Shown here: positions 41,229-53,500 of the stretch, in pieces
Numbering within the stretch: the stretch's first letter is position 1
How the letters are laid out: each line of letters starts with the position of its first letter
Origin: Octopus bimaculoides
Lineage: Eukaryota
Direction: 5' to 3'
Length of the DNA stretch: 64,000 nt
Assembly (NCBI RefSeq): GCF_001194135.2
Contig: NC_069002.1
Span: 4,049,535-4,113,534, forward strand
Notes under the pieces: generated by a model
The model's input: the letters and a program-made list of their open reading frames with translations, nothing else
The model's database searches: none
Told to the model about the DNA's origin: nothing
Translations under genes and position numbers: made by a program

Positions 41229-43536
41229 ATTTGGCACTGAAACCAATATGAATGACAACAATAGTTACAATGATATTTATTAGAGCATTTACTAAGACTG
41301 AAGTGCCTTGAGATCAATCACGACACCTGGAAAATACAGGTACAGAATCTCCTTGCCTAGCATAGCTGCACCAACTGCAGTACCATCTCCTGCAAACAGA
41401 ATAGGACAGGACGAGCATAAAAAAACATTGGCTGCGCAAATCCAGAGCTGATTCCTTGCCGTCATTCCCAACAAGCTACCAGTCCTCAACTTGTGACTGA
41501 TAATACACACACACACACACACATCGAATATATATATGTATTTTTTAATTACTTCCAGATTAGCATTATTAAATTATAGAAATAATTTTACATTGAAATG
41601 TTTTCATAGATATTGAAAAGCATTTAAATATTTCAATAGTAAAATAACCTTAATAACCCATCAATTATAATGCTTTTCCTATAATCTAATTGTCATGGCA
41701 TAAAATTTCTATGTTTCTAATTGTGGTGACGTAGAATTTCTATGTTTATATTTTATTCTTTCATTATCTACGTCATCTAAAGTTAAATACTAAATTGGTT
41801 TTTCTTCTTCGAAATCATGGCTTGTCATTGTGTTGCATCGATCGTATTTGGAAGATTATGAAAAATATTAACTTACTTGAGGTAAGGGCTGGTGACGAGA
41901 GAGGCTTCCAAACGCTGAAAATCTGCTTCAACAAGTTTTGTCTGACCTATGCAAGTATACAAAAGTGGACGTTAAAATATCTATATATAAATATATATAT
42001 AATCATCATAGTCATTTGACATCCACTTTTCCATGGTTGCATGGATCAGACGGAATCTGCTGGGAGCTCTTCCTGTCACCAACACCTACCTGTTACCAAG
42101 TAAGGTAATATTTCCTCCATGGCCAGACATGTTTTTCACAGAAGACTGGAAATGAACAACGCTCGGTGTGTTTACGTCCGCGTAACTTAGCAGTTTGCGC
42201 AAATTATATCAGGCTTTAAAAAAAGTACTGGGGACAATTCATTCGACTAAAAATTCTTGGAGGCCCCAGCATGGCCGCAGTCTAATGATTGAAACAAATA
42301 AAAAATAAAACGGTAAAAGTTATTTTACGACGGTCTTTTTTTAGTTTCCGTCTCCCAAATCCACTCACAAGGCTTTGGTCGGCTCGAGGCTTGTGGTTGG
42401 GAAGCAAACTTCTTTTCAAAGGAAACTTTAGAAAACTAGCTCGATTGTTAATGACAAAAAAAAAAAAAAATTAAATAAAAATCAATGTAAAGATTTATAA
42501 ATTACAATTCTGTTAGAAATATTAAATCGAACCTAGAACTTGGCTAAAATTAAACTCGGAACTGACAAGAGCCAGGTCAGCCGATGTAATAGGACTTACT
42601 AGAAATAGCAGTTAAACTGCCCGCAAATTACATGCCCCCGCTTTGCTTAGAGTGGAAACAACACACGACATATTGTCCTCAGACATACTTTGAATATAAG
42701 TCAACTCTGTTGGACGTCCGTTCGTGAGAAGTTGACTTGAGGTTAAAAACAACATCAACCACCACTACTACTATTATTACGGTTGATTTCTAACAAAAGA
42801 ACAAGAATTCATATCTGAAGGGATGACTATAACCCCCTATTCCATTCTAAGCAACGGTTCTCAACCAATTTTTGCCTATGGACTTCCTGTCATTCCTGGG
42901 CAAGATTTCCTTTTGTACCCCCCCCCCTTTTCAAGTTACCACTCGGTTATCTGACTTTTTCAGAAAAATGCATTTTTCAAGGTGAGGTGCGAATCTGCAT
43001 TAGCCCCCTGAAATCGATGTCACTTTTACCCCCGAGGGTAGCCAGAACCCGATTTCAAGTTACCCCTGCACTGTTTACAGTACCCACTCTCTGACGGAAG
43101 GCAAAGTTGGGCGATCTTTCGGTACGATTACCTAAATATCGGCCTTAGATCGCCCAAAGTGGCTTCCAAAAGCGGGATTTGAATTTGATCTCAAAACAAA
43201 ACGGATTGCAAATAAATACAGCCGGCATTATGTCAGAATGCTCAAACGATTAAATCGACACCAGAAACTCAACAAGACCCCAGAACGATGGAAGGTGAAG
43301 TTGACCTCTGCGAGATTGACCTCGGAAGCTAAAAGTACGCATCACTCCGTTCGACAAGCGATTCGGTCTATCATGATACCGCCTTATTATTAATAGTATC
43401 ATTACTACTTCCAGATAAGACAAGTGAAAGTTAGACATATTCTGTAAGTTAGATTACTACATAACTAACTAAATACATAACCAAACATGTAAGTAGATAA
43501 TAATATTAATACAGGATAGAACAGGCATAGACTTAC

Positions 43537-43640
43537 TGTTAATAACCAGTGGACTTGAACAATCACCATTTGATGTTCGGCGAGTTGATTAATGTTTTCT
43601 TTTAGGGTGGTTATTAGGAACGGAAGTTTACGTAAGTGTG
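43537..43640 (-). promoter_or_regulatory. Candidate ADPRM promoter and non-coding first exon
   Basis: CGGAAGT (ETS-like, 43621-43627) and TTACGTAA next to a unique stretch ending in a minus-strand AACA|GTAAGT donor (exon end 43537). The ADPRM coding exon begins at an acceptor, so an upstream exon is required. Confidence 0.4.
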
Positions 43641-45499
43641 AGGGAAGAGAGAAAGAGAGAGACAAAGACAGGGTATGTATATGTCGCACATCTCCTTTCG
43701 CTTTCTCTCTCTCTTTCTGTATATATATATATATATATATATGTATACACACACACACACGGTATATATAATCTAGTATACGTATGTGTAAATACACGTC
43801 TATCTGTCAATCTATACTCATACATACACACACATACATGTATGGAGAGAGATAGAGTAAACGACTAGCGAGATGGTAGGGGGGAGAAAGAGAGGCAGAT
43901 GGATACGGGTTAGTACATATATATGTGTATTTGTATAGAGAACTGCACGAGAATAGGTTGATCTGTATGTGTGTGTTTGTGTACTTACATAATTTAGCCG
44001 AATAAAGAATGGAACATTCTTGTGTATTGAATTCTGTTTCTTGTTTGTTCTCGCTATCCATCTCCCACGCGGGGGCACACACACACACACACACTTGAAT
44101 GAAAAAGCTACGGTGACTCTAGGAACTAGATTCGGTTAACTCACACTAGTTTCTGTCTATCTATCTATCTATCTATCTATCTATTTTTAACTAAATACTT
44201 ACTCAAGACCAGTCATCTCTCTCTTTCTCTCTCACACACACACACACATTCGCGTGGTTCTGGGTTCAATACCACTGTATGGTACTTTGGGCTAGTGTCT
44301 TCTACTATAGCGTCAGTTCCACCGTGAAAAAGTACATCAATATACCAAATTTGAAAATTTTGACTTCATTTCAATATTTCAAAATCTGTGAAATTAACAG
44401 AAAATCACTAGCGTAGCTAGAGTGTGTGCCGCCCGGACCCCACATAAAACACATATTGCTTACAGCAGACCCCCAATCTGGCTTGTCATTGAATGGTTCG
44501 AGCAGGAAGAAGAGACACTGGGCAATTATTCAGGGAGATGCTGTTGGTAACCCACCACAAGGAAGAATTAATCGATACTATGCCGAACAGGTATAGACAT
44601 GAACACGTTCAGAAAATAGTCGCTCTTCGTACTACATATGTTGATACTGGTTTCATATTTTTGGCACAAGGCCCGCAATGTTTTGGAAGGGGGTAAGTCA
44701 ATTACATCGACCCCAGTACTCAGCTAGTATTTATTTTATCGACTCTAAAAGAATGAAGGGCAAAGTCAACCTATGCAGAATTTGAACTCAGAACGTAAAG
44801 ACGGACGAAATGCCGTTGAGCATTTTGCCCTACGTGCTAATGATTCTGCAAACTCGCTGCCATTCTAAATTTAGTTAGTGCTCTTCATACGGATAGTATT
44901 TATTTAAAAGTTTATGCCGAGCGAACTGTAAAATTATCGTCATCATATCCACCACTGCCAAAAGAAGATCGCCTCACTCTCCATTCAGTTTTTTTCTTAT
45001 TCTCCTACATGCTTGAGTACCTGCTCCAGTGTCTCAGAAACCACAGAAGCTAGGAAGTGTAATGTTTAATTTTATGAATGAATACTAAATATTTAAAACA
45101 TTTTCATTGACTTTTAGTCACTTTCTGACGAACAAACGACGACAAAAGCGTGAAAGTATAAATTATGTCACTCCATACGCAACTCTCACATCAACTAAAT
45201 GCAACTGACGTAAAGTCACCATTTTCCATGGTTTCCGGATTTTAACTGCCCCAATTAACCTTCAAAAATCGCCTTTTCTTTGTTTTCTTTAAATACACTC
45301 TCTCTGCCTTCCTTTATTTCAGTATGTTGGGTAACGAAAGGCTTTTATGAATAACGAAATCAGGCTTGTGGAAAGTGATAGATATTTGTAGCGGAATGTA
45401 ATGTTGAAGGATCAATGTAAGTTGTCAGGTGTAGCAGATGATGTTAGGCGAAATAAGACCGGTATCGATGAAAAACAATGAAGAAAGAATAGGAATGTA

Positions 45500-45800
45500 G
45501 TTGCATTCGCTTGTTGGATACTGAAAGCTTGCCATTGAATGTCAAGAATTTTTGGATGCTATGAAAGTAGTTCAGCTTCATTGCATGCCATTGTTAATCA
45601 ATACTTCACAGCCATAGAAACAGTGTAGTGAGATCTCCGGTCCTACGAACCATGACCTTTGTCTCTGGAGAGATGCCTCTCCTGTTTCGTACATTCTTGT
45701 GGATCGGGAAAAGTATGTTTCCTAGTTAAGTGAATTGTCCCACAGCATTCGCTTGTTGTCTGTTGACGAAGATGTTAGTTTCAGCGCATACTTTTTCGTT
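45500..45800 (-). mobile_element. RTE-clade LINE reverse-transcriptase remnant with frameshifts and stops
   Basis: Minus-strand pieces in the expected order: FT*LGNIL (FTYLGS-like, ~45711-45735), RGISPETKVMV (~45648-45680), FYGCE (~45605-45619), KILDIQWQ (~45529-45552). Confidence 0.75.
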
Positions 45801-46362
45801 GAGTTGATTGATGCATTATTTCAGTCGACTGGTTGCAAATGTCACAGGTGCTAGAGAACTTGTCAAACCTTTCATTGCGTATCCAGCTTCTGAGACAGCA
45901 TTGAGAACATAGTCATTTTCAAACGGAGAGACATCAGAAACGTTCTTTGTTTCTAGCTCCCACCCTGTTCATCCACGGTTTTCATTTATGTTGTCAGACG
46001 CCTTCCTCCAAAGACATAGCTATTAGCATTAGTATCAGGGGTATGTGACGTCTTGGCGTTACTGCTTCGACGCTGACTTGTTTGACATCAGACGTCTTAA
46101 TGGTTCACTCGTTCTCTCCTTCCTCCTCTCTCTCGTTGTTTTTGTGTGAAAGCATATCTCTACATGTATGAGGAAAGCGAAAGTATCTATGCCAATCGTA
46201 TTCAATTAATAAATTGTAATGTCCCTCTCTTCCCTCCCCCTCTCACTCTCTATATGTATCTTTTTCTCTTACCTTTTATCTGTTTCAGTTATTAGACTGC
46301 GGCCATGCTGGGGCACAGCCTTGGAAAACTTCTAGTCGAGTGACCACAGAGGTGCTCCCTCA

Positions 46363-46890
46363 TTGGCTGTTATTTCTAGCATATCGAGTGAACACATAGA
46401 TGTCCACTCATTGGCTGTTATTTCTAGTATACTGAGTGAACGCGTATAAGCTCCTTCGTTGGCTGCTATTTCTAGCACATCGAATGTCACATAGAGGCTC
46501 GCTCGTTGGCTGCTGTTTCTCGCATATCAAATGAACACATAATGAGGAACCAAGTAGTTACTTGATGTGCTAGAAATAGCAGCCTACAAGAACGCGTGCA
46601 AATGGTCACTCCCATGTAGTCCCACGATGTGCTAGAAACAGCAGCCAATGAGGACGCTTGCAAGTGGTTACTCGATGTGGTTAACCGTTATGCTAGAAAT
46701 AACAACCAACGAGGGCTCCTGCAAATGGTCATCCGGTTTGGTCTATCGCTGTGTAGAAATAGAAACCAAACGAAGGAGCCTTCAATTAGTCGTTGTGGTT
46801 AATCGATGAACTAGGAACAGCAGCCAACGAAGGCGCTCGTAAGTGGTCACCCGATGTGATTGCCCGATATACTAGAAATAGCAGCCAACG
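46363..46890. repeat. Inverted double array of the motif TTGGCTGCTATTTCTAGCA
   Basis: Four forward copies at 46363, 46411, 46459, 46506 (period 47-48), then six reverse-complement copies at ~46568, 46630, 46691, 46752, 46809, 46870 (period ~60). Confidence 0.9.
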
Positions 46891-47069
46891 AAGACGCTTG
46901 CAAGTGGTTTCCCGATGATCTCGAACTACTGAATAATTATCGTCAAAACTGATGCAGGATCCATATATATCTCCACACACACTGCTGAGACAAGGAACCG
47001 GTTCCCGTATTCCGCTTAATGACCATTCTGCATCACTTTTTGCTGATGATGTCTCCCTATAGATTGACA

Positions 47070-47220
47070 CCGACATAGCAACGTGGCAGAGAAAGTGAGA
47101 GTGAGTGAGTGAGTGAGAGAGAGAGAGAGAGAGAGTAGTTATTGCAAGCAACAGGAAGTACAAGAGAAGAATTTCGGAAATGTTGAGTTTTTGGATACGA
47201 AAAGCAGCGGCTATAAAATA
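47070..47220 (+). promoter_or_regulatory. Candidate POMT1 core promoter
   Basis: Locally CpG-richer sequence with CATAGCAAC (RFX half-site-like, ~47074), CAGGAAGT (ETS-like, ~47152) and TATAAAA (47212-47218), ~370 nt before the first-exon ATG. Motif inspection only. Confidence 0.4.
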
Positions 47221-47587
47221 GTTGTCTGTCTTTTTTAATTTCGTCGTTAGAAACGAGCTGAACTGTTTCCCAGCCATTAAGTCAATTCATTACGACACCG
47301 GAATCACACGCACACTTGTTATTATACATAATTAAGAAGTTTCCGATAATGTCTAAACTTAATCATATTACCACATTATCCGTAGTTGTTTATCGATTGA
47401 GTCATTTCTTTTTTTAATGTTTTTTTCTTGTTTAATTGTAAAAAAAAAAAGGCACCGAGAAATGAACGAATGAAGCGGTTTTCAAAACAAACCAACATGA
47501 GGACGTAGAACTGGCCAAAATTATCTCGTTCTTTTCGAAAATTTCTTTTATTTAATAGCTTTATTTATTTCACTTCTCCCATAAACC

Positions 47588-50500
47588 ATGTCTGCGACTG
47601 TGGAGGGAAATACAGAACGGTACAAACAGTTGCAAAACATAAAAACCAAGTCTTGTGCCTTACCCAAAGAACGTGACCAGGTAATGTAACCATTAATGTT
47701 ATTTTGCTCCGAGTCAACCCTCACTGAGTAAGCCGTCGACTAAAGTTTTTCAAGTCATGACCTCTCTAACTCCCCCCCCCTCCCTTCACACACAATGTAT
47801 TTACGGTTACATTATCCAGGGGCTTGGCTGCTATTTCATGCAGATCAAGCGAGCACGCAGTTCTCTTTGTAAGACGGTAGTATGCGGCTCGAAGGAGGCG
47901 ATTTGGCTTCTATTTGTTGCATGTATCACAAGTACGTAGGTGGTCTCATTTTAATATGGCTAGGTGTATTTTGAGGGAGATTTGGCTACTATTTCTAGCA
48001 ATACCATGGGTACATAGTTCTCTTCTTAACACGGCTGGGTGGGTTTTGCAGTAGATTTGGCTGCTATTTCTAACAATTACTACGAAGACCTGAAATTCTC
48101 TTTTTAACATGGTTGGATGTGTTTTGAGGGAGATTTGGCGGCACTATCATGCTATTAGCTGTCAGAAGTGAAAGTGCTCACTGCTAGTGAAGTATCTGTC
48201 TGTCTGCCTGCCTGTTGCTGCCCTGTCGATTCTTTGGCTACTGACAGCTAATACCATGACTGGCCGGAGCGAGCTATATGTCTGTCTGTCTCTCTCTCTC
48301 TGTCTATCTATTACTCGAAAGTTATTGGAACAAATTTGACACCTATATCCATGCGTTTGAAAACACAACACAGAGTATAAGGGTACTCGCGTCCGCGCTA
48401 GCTAGTCGTGAGTGGTCGATCCTATTATTTTTAAACTTCAAACTTCATTTGTTTTCTATTTTGATAAATTCTCACTGTTGAAAATTATATTTTTATATTT
48501 TAAATAATTTGCAATTTCAGGAAATATGTTTTTATATTAAATTTGTGTTTTCTACTCACGACTAGCTAGCGCGGACTTTCGAGTAATAGATAGATAGATA
48601 GAGAGAGAGAGAGACAGACAGACAGACATATAGCTCGCTCCGGCCAGTCATGGTATTAGCTGTCAGTAGCCAAAGAATCGACAGGCAGACAGACAGACAG
48701 ATACTTCACTAGCAGTGAGCACTTTCACTTCTGACAGCTAATAGCATGACAGTGCCGATTTGGCTACTATTTTTAGCAGACACCATGAGCACGTAGAAAT
48801 TCTTTTTATTTTTAACATGGCTGGATATGTGTGTATTTTGAGGCAGATTTGGCTTCTATTTCTAGCAAATCAGACGAACACATACAAGTTTTTTTAAAAA
48901 CATGGCTAGATGTGTTTTGCAGGAAATTTGGCTGCTGTTTCTTGTAGGTCGAACGACTTCATAGGAGTTCTCTCGTTTCGCGAATTAACTATATAGGAAA
49001 TTAGGAATCTCACCAACGATCGCAAATGGCATAAGGTAACCATACATTTGTAGGAGCTGGAGTAGAGTCAGTTGAAGTGTTCCCTTGAAAAAGACTGGAA
49101 CTTCGTATACAAGTAAAATTGGTATTCTTTCGTAAGAATGCCGTAAAATTAAGTGTGGCCTTATTAAAAGAAGACGCCGACGTTTTTCACAGAGTCATTT
49201 TTTTTGGGGGGGGGGGAACAAATGGTTTGGGATGTCGACGGAATTTTCAGAGAATTTTTGCGAATTTCTGTTTTACACACGGGAATTCATATTATTATGC
49301 AAAACTTCCCAGAAAAGTTTTTGTATGTGATTTATGGGCGATTTAGTTGTTATTATTAGCACATCTCACGGCCACCTGATTTCTTCCTCGTTTCTTTGTC
49401 ACTCTGACATGTATGCTGGTGTTTCATGCTGTTACGAGTTACTGGTTTGACAGAATCCAATATGTTCAAGGATACATCAAGCCCTAATGTGTTCTATTTG
49501 GCATGGTTTTTATGGCTGGATGTCCTTCATAACACCAACCACTTTACAAAACGTTTTATTTTGTTTGTTTGTTTTCTTTTTGTGCTGCCAGCATTAGTAA
49601 GGTTGCCATGCAGCTTGCAAGACTACTAACCCTCGGGGTGGAGGGGTTGACTCTATGCTTGGAGATAAGGGGTTAAAATATGAGAGAAGTGTGCAGAGCA
49701 GATTCTTGTTTAAGAGATAGTGAAAATGATCAGCAGGAGATGCAAAAAAATTACCCTTATAAAACCTTACTCAGTTACTTCTATTTCCTAGTCTAGGAGC
49801 CCCTGAGAAAACAATGGACAGTGGCTCTTCATTTTATATTATACAAGAGTCAATGATTGAATGTCTAAGCAATTACATGGCCTACTAGAAATAGTAGTCA
49901 AATTTTCCTCAAATAACATCCTACCTTAAAAGAAATGGACACATTGGATACTGTAGTCTTAGGTACACTATACCTGTAATAAAAAGAAAAGAGATGGTCA
50001 TATGCTAGGTAAACAATAACAACAAAACGAAAAAAAATCTTGTGTTTTTTTATAAGTTATCAGAATAACCATCAAGGTTTTATCATGTGAATAACCTCGT
50101 TTATTAAGTTGCATAATTAATGAGGTTCTGAGTTTCATTGTTAAAAAGAAAACACTTTCTCAGATACACTTAGATACTCTTTTGTTGTGAATCCAGAACC
50201 AGTTGCTCGACTATGACTGCCAGAACTGTTTCTTTTCACTGGTATAATGGACACAAGTTGTACTGGGAACAGCTGTCATGCCATTTAGGTAATTAAATTC
50301 ATTCCTCTTAGTTTGTTTCTATTAAAGTCTAAGACATTCCACCTTGTTTGACAATATCTCATCCTTTGGACATCTCTAGTGTGAATGGTAGTCCTAAAGC
50401 ACTACTCTGGTTTAACACTGCCACCTACTACCACCCGCCCTTATAGAATGCAAGGTAGCTATGTATCACTTCTACAGCAGCACACCTGGGCTGTTGCCTG

Positions 50501-53500
50501 TTACACTTTTTAGCCCCTCAACACCTGGCCATACAACCACCTCTCAATATCCCTAAATCCCATTAAGTCAAAGGAAGTTTTCCTTTTGCATTTTTTTCAT
50601 CTTTTCTTTCTACTGTACTTTCTTGTCATGCAAATGACCTAGTTACCTCACCAGTGTTGGTAGCACAAAAAGTTACCCAGTAGACATTGTAAAGTGGTTG
50701 GCACGAGCGAAGGGCATCCAGCCATAGAAACCATTCCAAAGACATCTGAGCTTGATGCTGTACTACAAGCCAATATGAGGGTTTCTCTTGTCGTAATTAC
50801 CGTACTATGGTCTGTTTTAATACAAAATCCACATTTAAGTGGGGATAAATATTACTCCTTGATTAATGTCATCAGTGTCTCCTCATCATCATTGTTTTGT
50901 TGCTAATATATATATATATTTTTTACAATAATTATAATTTGATGAGCTGGACAAAATGCCTTGTGGCAGTTCTTCAAGGTTTAATGTCCTGAGTTCAAAT
51001 CCTGCTGAGTTCAGCTTTGCCTTTCATCCTTTCAGGGTAGATAAAATAAATACCAGCTGAGCACTGGGGTAAGTATAATGAACCTGCCCCCCCCTTCCCT
51101 GCAAACTTCAACCCCTGTGCCTCTACGAAAGAGAAAAAGTAATTTAGTGCTTATACAAAATAAAAGCTGAGTTTCGAAAGAAAAATATTTATTGTTTTGT
51201 CATTTGTAAAACTCCTCTCATCATAAGTATTGCCATCTTCTCCCTCTCCTCCTGCCACCAAGACTGGTATGTGTACTCATCCTGCACCTCTTATTTTAAC
51301 CCTCACTGTCTCTTTTACTCTTTCTCCCTCTCTCACTATACAATATAAAGCAAGACTGGAGAAACCAACCAACCAACCAACCAGCTGTTTATTATGTAGA
51401 TATTTAAAACTCATCAATACACATTTTAATTGATTACCAGCATGGACGTAAGTCTGAGTTTTCTCTTGTTTTTTTTTCCTGCTCATTTAGGGTGATGGGG
51501 CTCCTGAGGGGAAGTCTACAAAGAAAGAACAGAAACCATTCTCTGTCAAGTTGGAACTAGATTTGGTCCAGATTTTCTTATTCATTGGTGCTTTGGCTAC
51601 AAGAACATGGCAGATTGAACTTCCTCGTGCTGTTGTGTGAGTACCTCGTGAAATTTATGTTCCTCTCTCGCATCTTTTCCTCTCTCCCAGTGGGTAAAGG
51701 AATATTTAGATTGACAGGTAGGTTTGGTGATGCAAACAAGAAAACAGAACCCAAAACATGAGTGTATGTGTGTAGATGTATCATCACCATCATCTTTTAA
51801 GGTCCATTTTCCATGCTGGCATGGGTTGGACGGTTGCTATGTTCAGAGTTCAAATTCTGCTAAGGTTGACCCTCTCAAGGTTAATAGAAAAAAAGTACCA
51901 GTCAAGTACTGGGGTCGATGTAATTGACTTAACCCCTTCTCCAAAATTGCTGGCCTTGAGATCAGTATTTCATGCGTTTGTAATTAAGCTTTTAATTGAA
52001 GTCTCTTTTAATTTTCTCTTCAGGTTTGATGAGCTTCATTTCGCTAAATTCGTTTCATTGTATCTCCAGAATATATTTTTCTTCGACATCCATCCTCCCC
52101 TGGGGAAGCTGTTGTTAACACTGGCAGGTAAATACAAATTATTTCTTTTATTTTTGTCTTTTTTACTTGTTCCGGTCTTTAGACTGGATGGGAGGTGGGT
52201 GGGTAGTTCTTTCTAATGTAGAATATTTAAGTGATTTTTTGTTTTTGTTTCTAAATTCTATTTCCAGGACACTATACAGGATTTCAGGGAAACCTAAGTT
52301 TTGATCGGATTGGAACTGGTAAATATTCTTCTCTCATTACTAACAATATAATCTTTTACTTGTTTCTGGCCATGCTAGGGCACATCCTTGAAGAATCTTT
52401 AGTCAAACGAATCAACCCCAGTACTTATTTATTCTTCTTTAAGCCTGGTACTTGTTCTATCAGTCTCTTTGCTGAACTGCTAAGTTACAGGGACATAAAC
52501 ACACCAACACCGGTTGTCAAATATACATATTTGTACATATTTTTTTATTCTTTTAGCCATTTGACTGTGGTCATGCTGGAGCCTTCTCTGGCTGTTCCCT
52601 CCCTTTTCTGCCTGTCATATCCTCCTCCAACTGCCACCCACCTCTGCAAAACCTCAGTGGGGCTGTTGAGGTTACCCACCACTACCACCACCACCACCAC
52701 CATCACTACCATTACCTATAATGGTTTATTGTTGTTCCTTCTCTCCAGAATACCCATCAACAGTCCCAGTCAGCCAGTTGCGATTACTACCAGCTATATT
52801 AGGGAGTCTTCTGGTTCCGCTTGTTTACCAAATTGTTGTAGAACTTCATCTCTCTCGATGGGCGGCACTTTTAGCTGCAAGCTTTGTGTTATTTGGTAAG
52901 TCTTTAATCTTTTCATCAATTCTTTCTACTATCTTCTTTTACATTTCCCAAGCCATTTTTTTTTGTTTTAATTTGTTTTGTATTTTGGCCATCTTCACAA
53001 TATCTTCTGACTGTCACACTTGTAATCACACAAACCCCGCCATTCTTACATGACTCCCTTATCTTTCAGACAATGCCATCCTTGTGCAGTCTCGTTTCAT
53101 CCTGATGGAAGGCATGCTTCTCTTCTTCATAGCATTGGCCCTGCTCTGTTTTCTAAAGTTCCACCACATGCCTGAACAGTAAGTTTCTACCAACATAATT
53201 AACCTTTCGTTTTATGTAAATAATGACCATATTTATAAGCTTAAAGCTTCTAAGTGATCACTATGCATTGTCTGAAGAAAATAGTATCTTAATTGTTTAG
53301 GGCAATATGCTGTGCTTGAGAAGACCTGTTGAGTCAAGTGAAATCCTTGTTGTGGCTGATGCCAGTACTGATTGACTGGCACTTTTGCTGGTGACACATA
53401 AAAAGCACCATTTGAGCTTGGTTGATGCCAGTGTCGCCAGACTGTTCTGGTAACTGTATGGAAGAACTGACCATGATTTCTTTTGATTTTTTTTTTTGTT

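Noticed and set aside
45125-45160. CTGACGA..GAAA hammerhead-like spacing
   Set aside because: Stem II pairs for only two bases and no stem III or cleavage triplet forms.
46786-47277. 163-aa minus-strand ORF
   Set aside because: Built from GA microsatellite and motif-array sequence over a promoter-like region; no recognisable domain.
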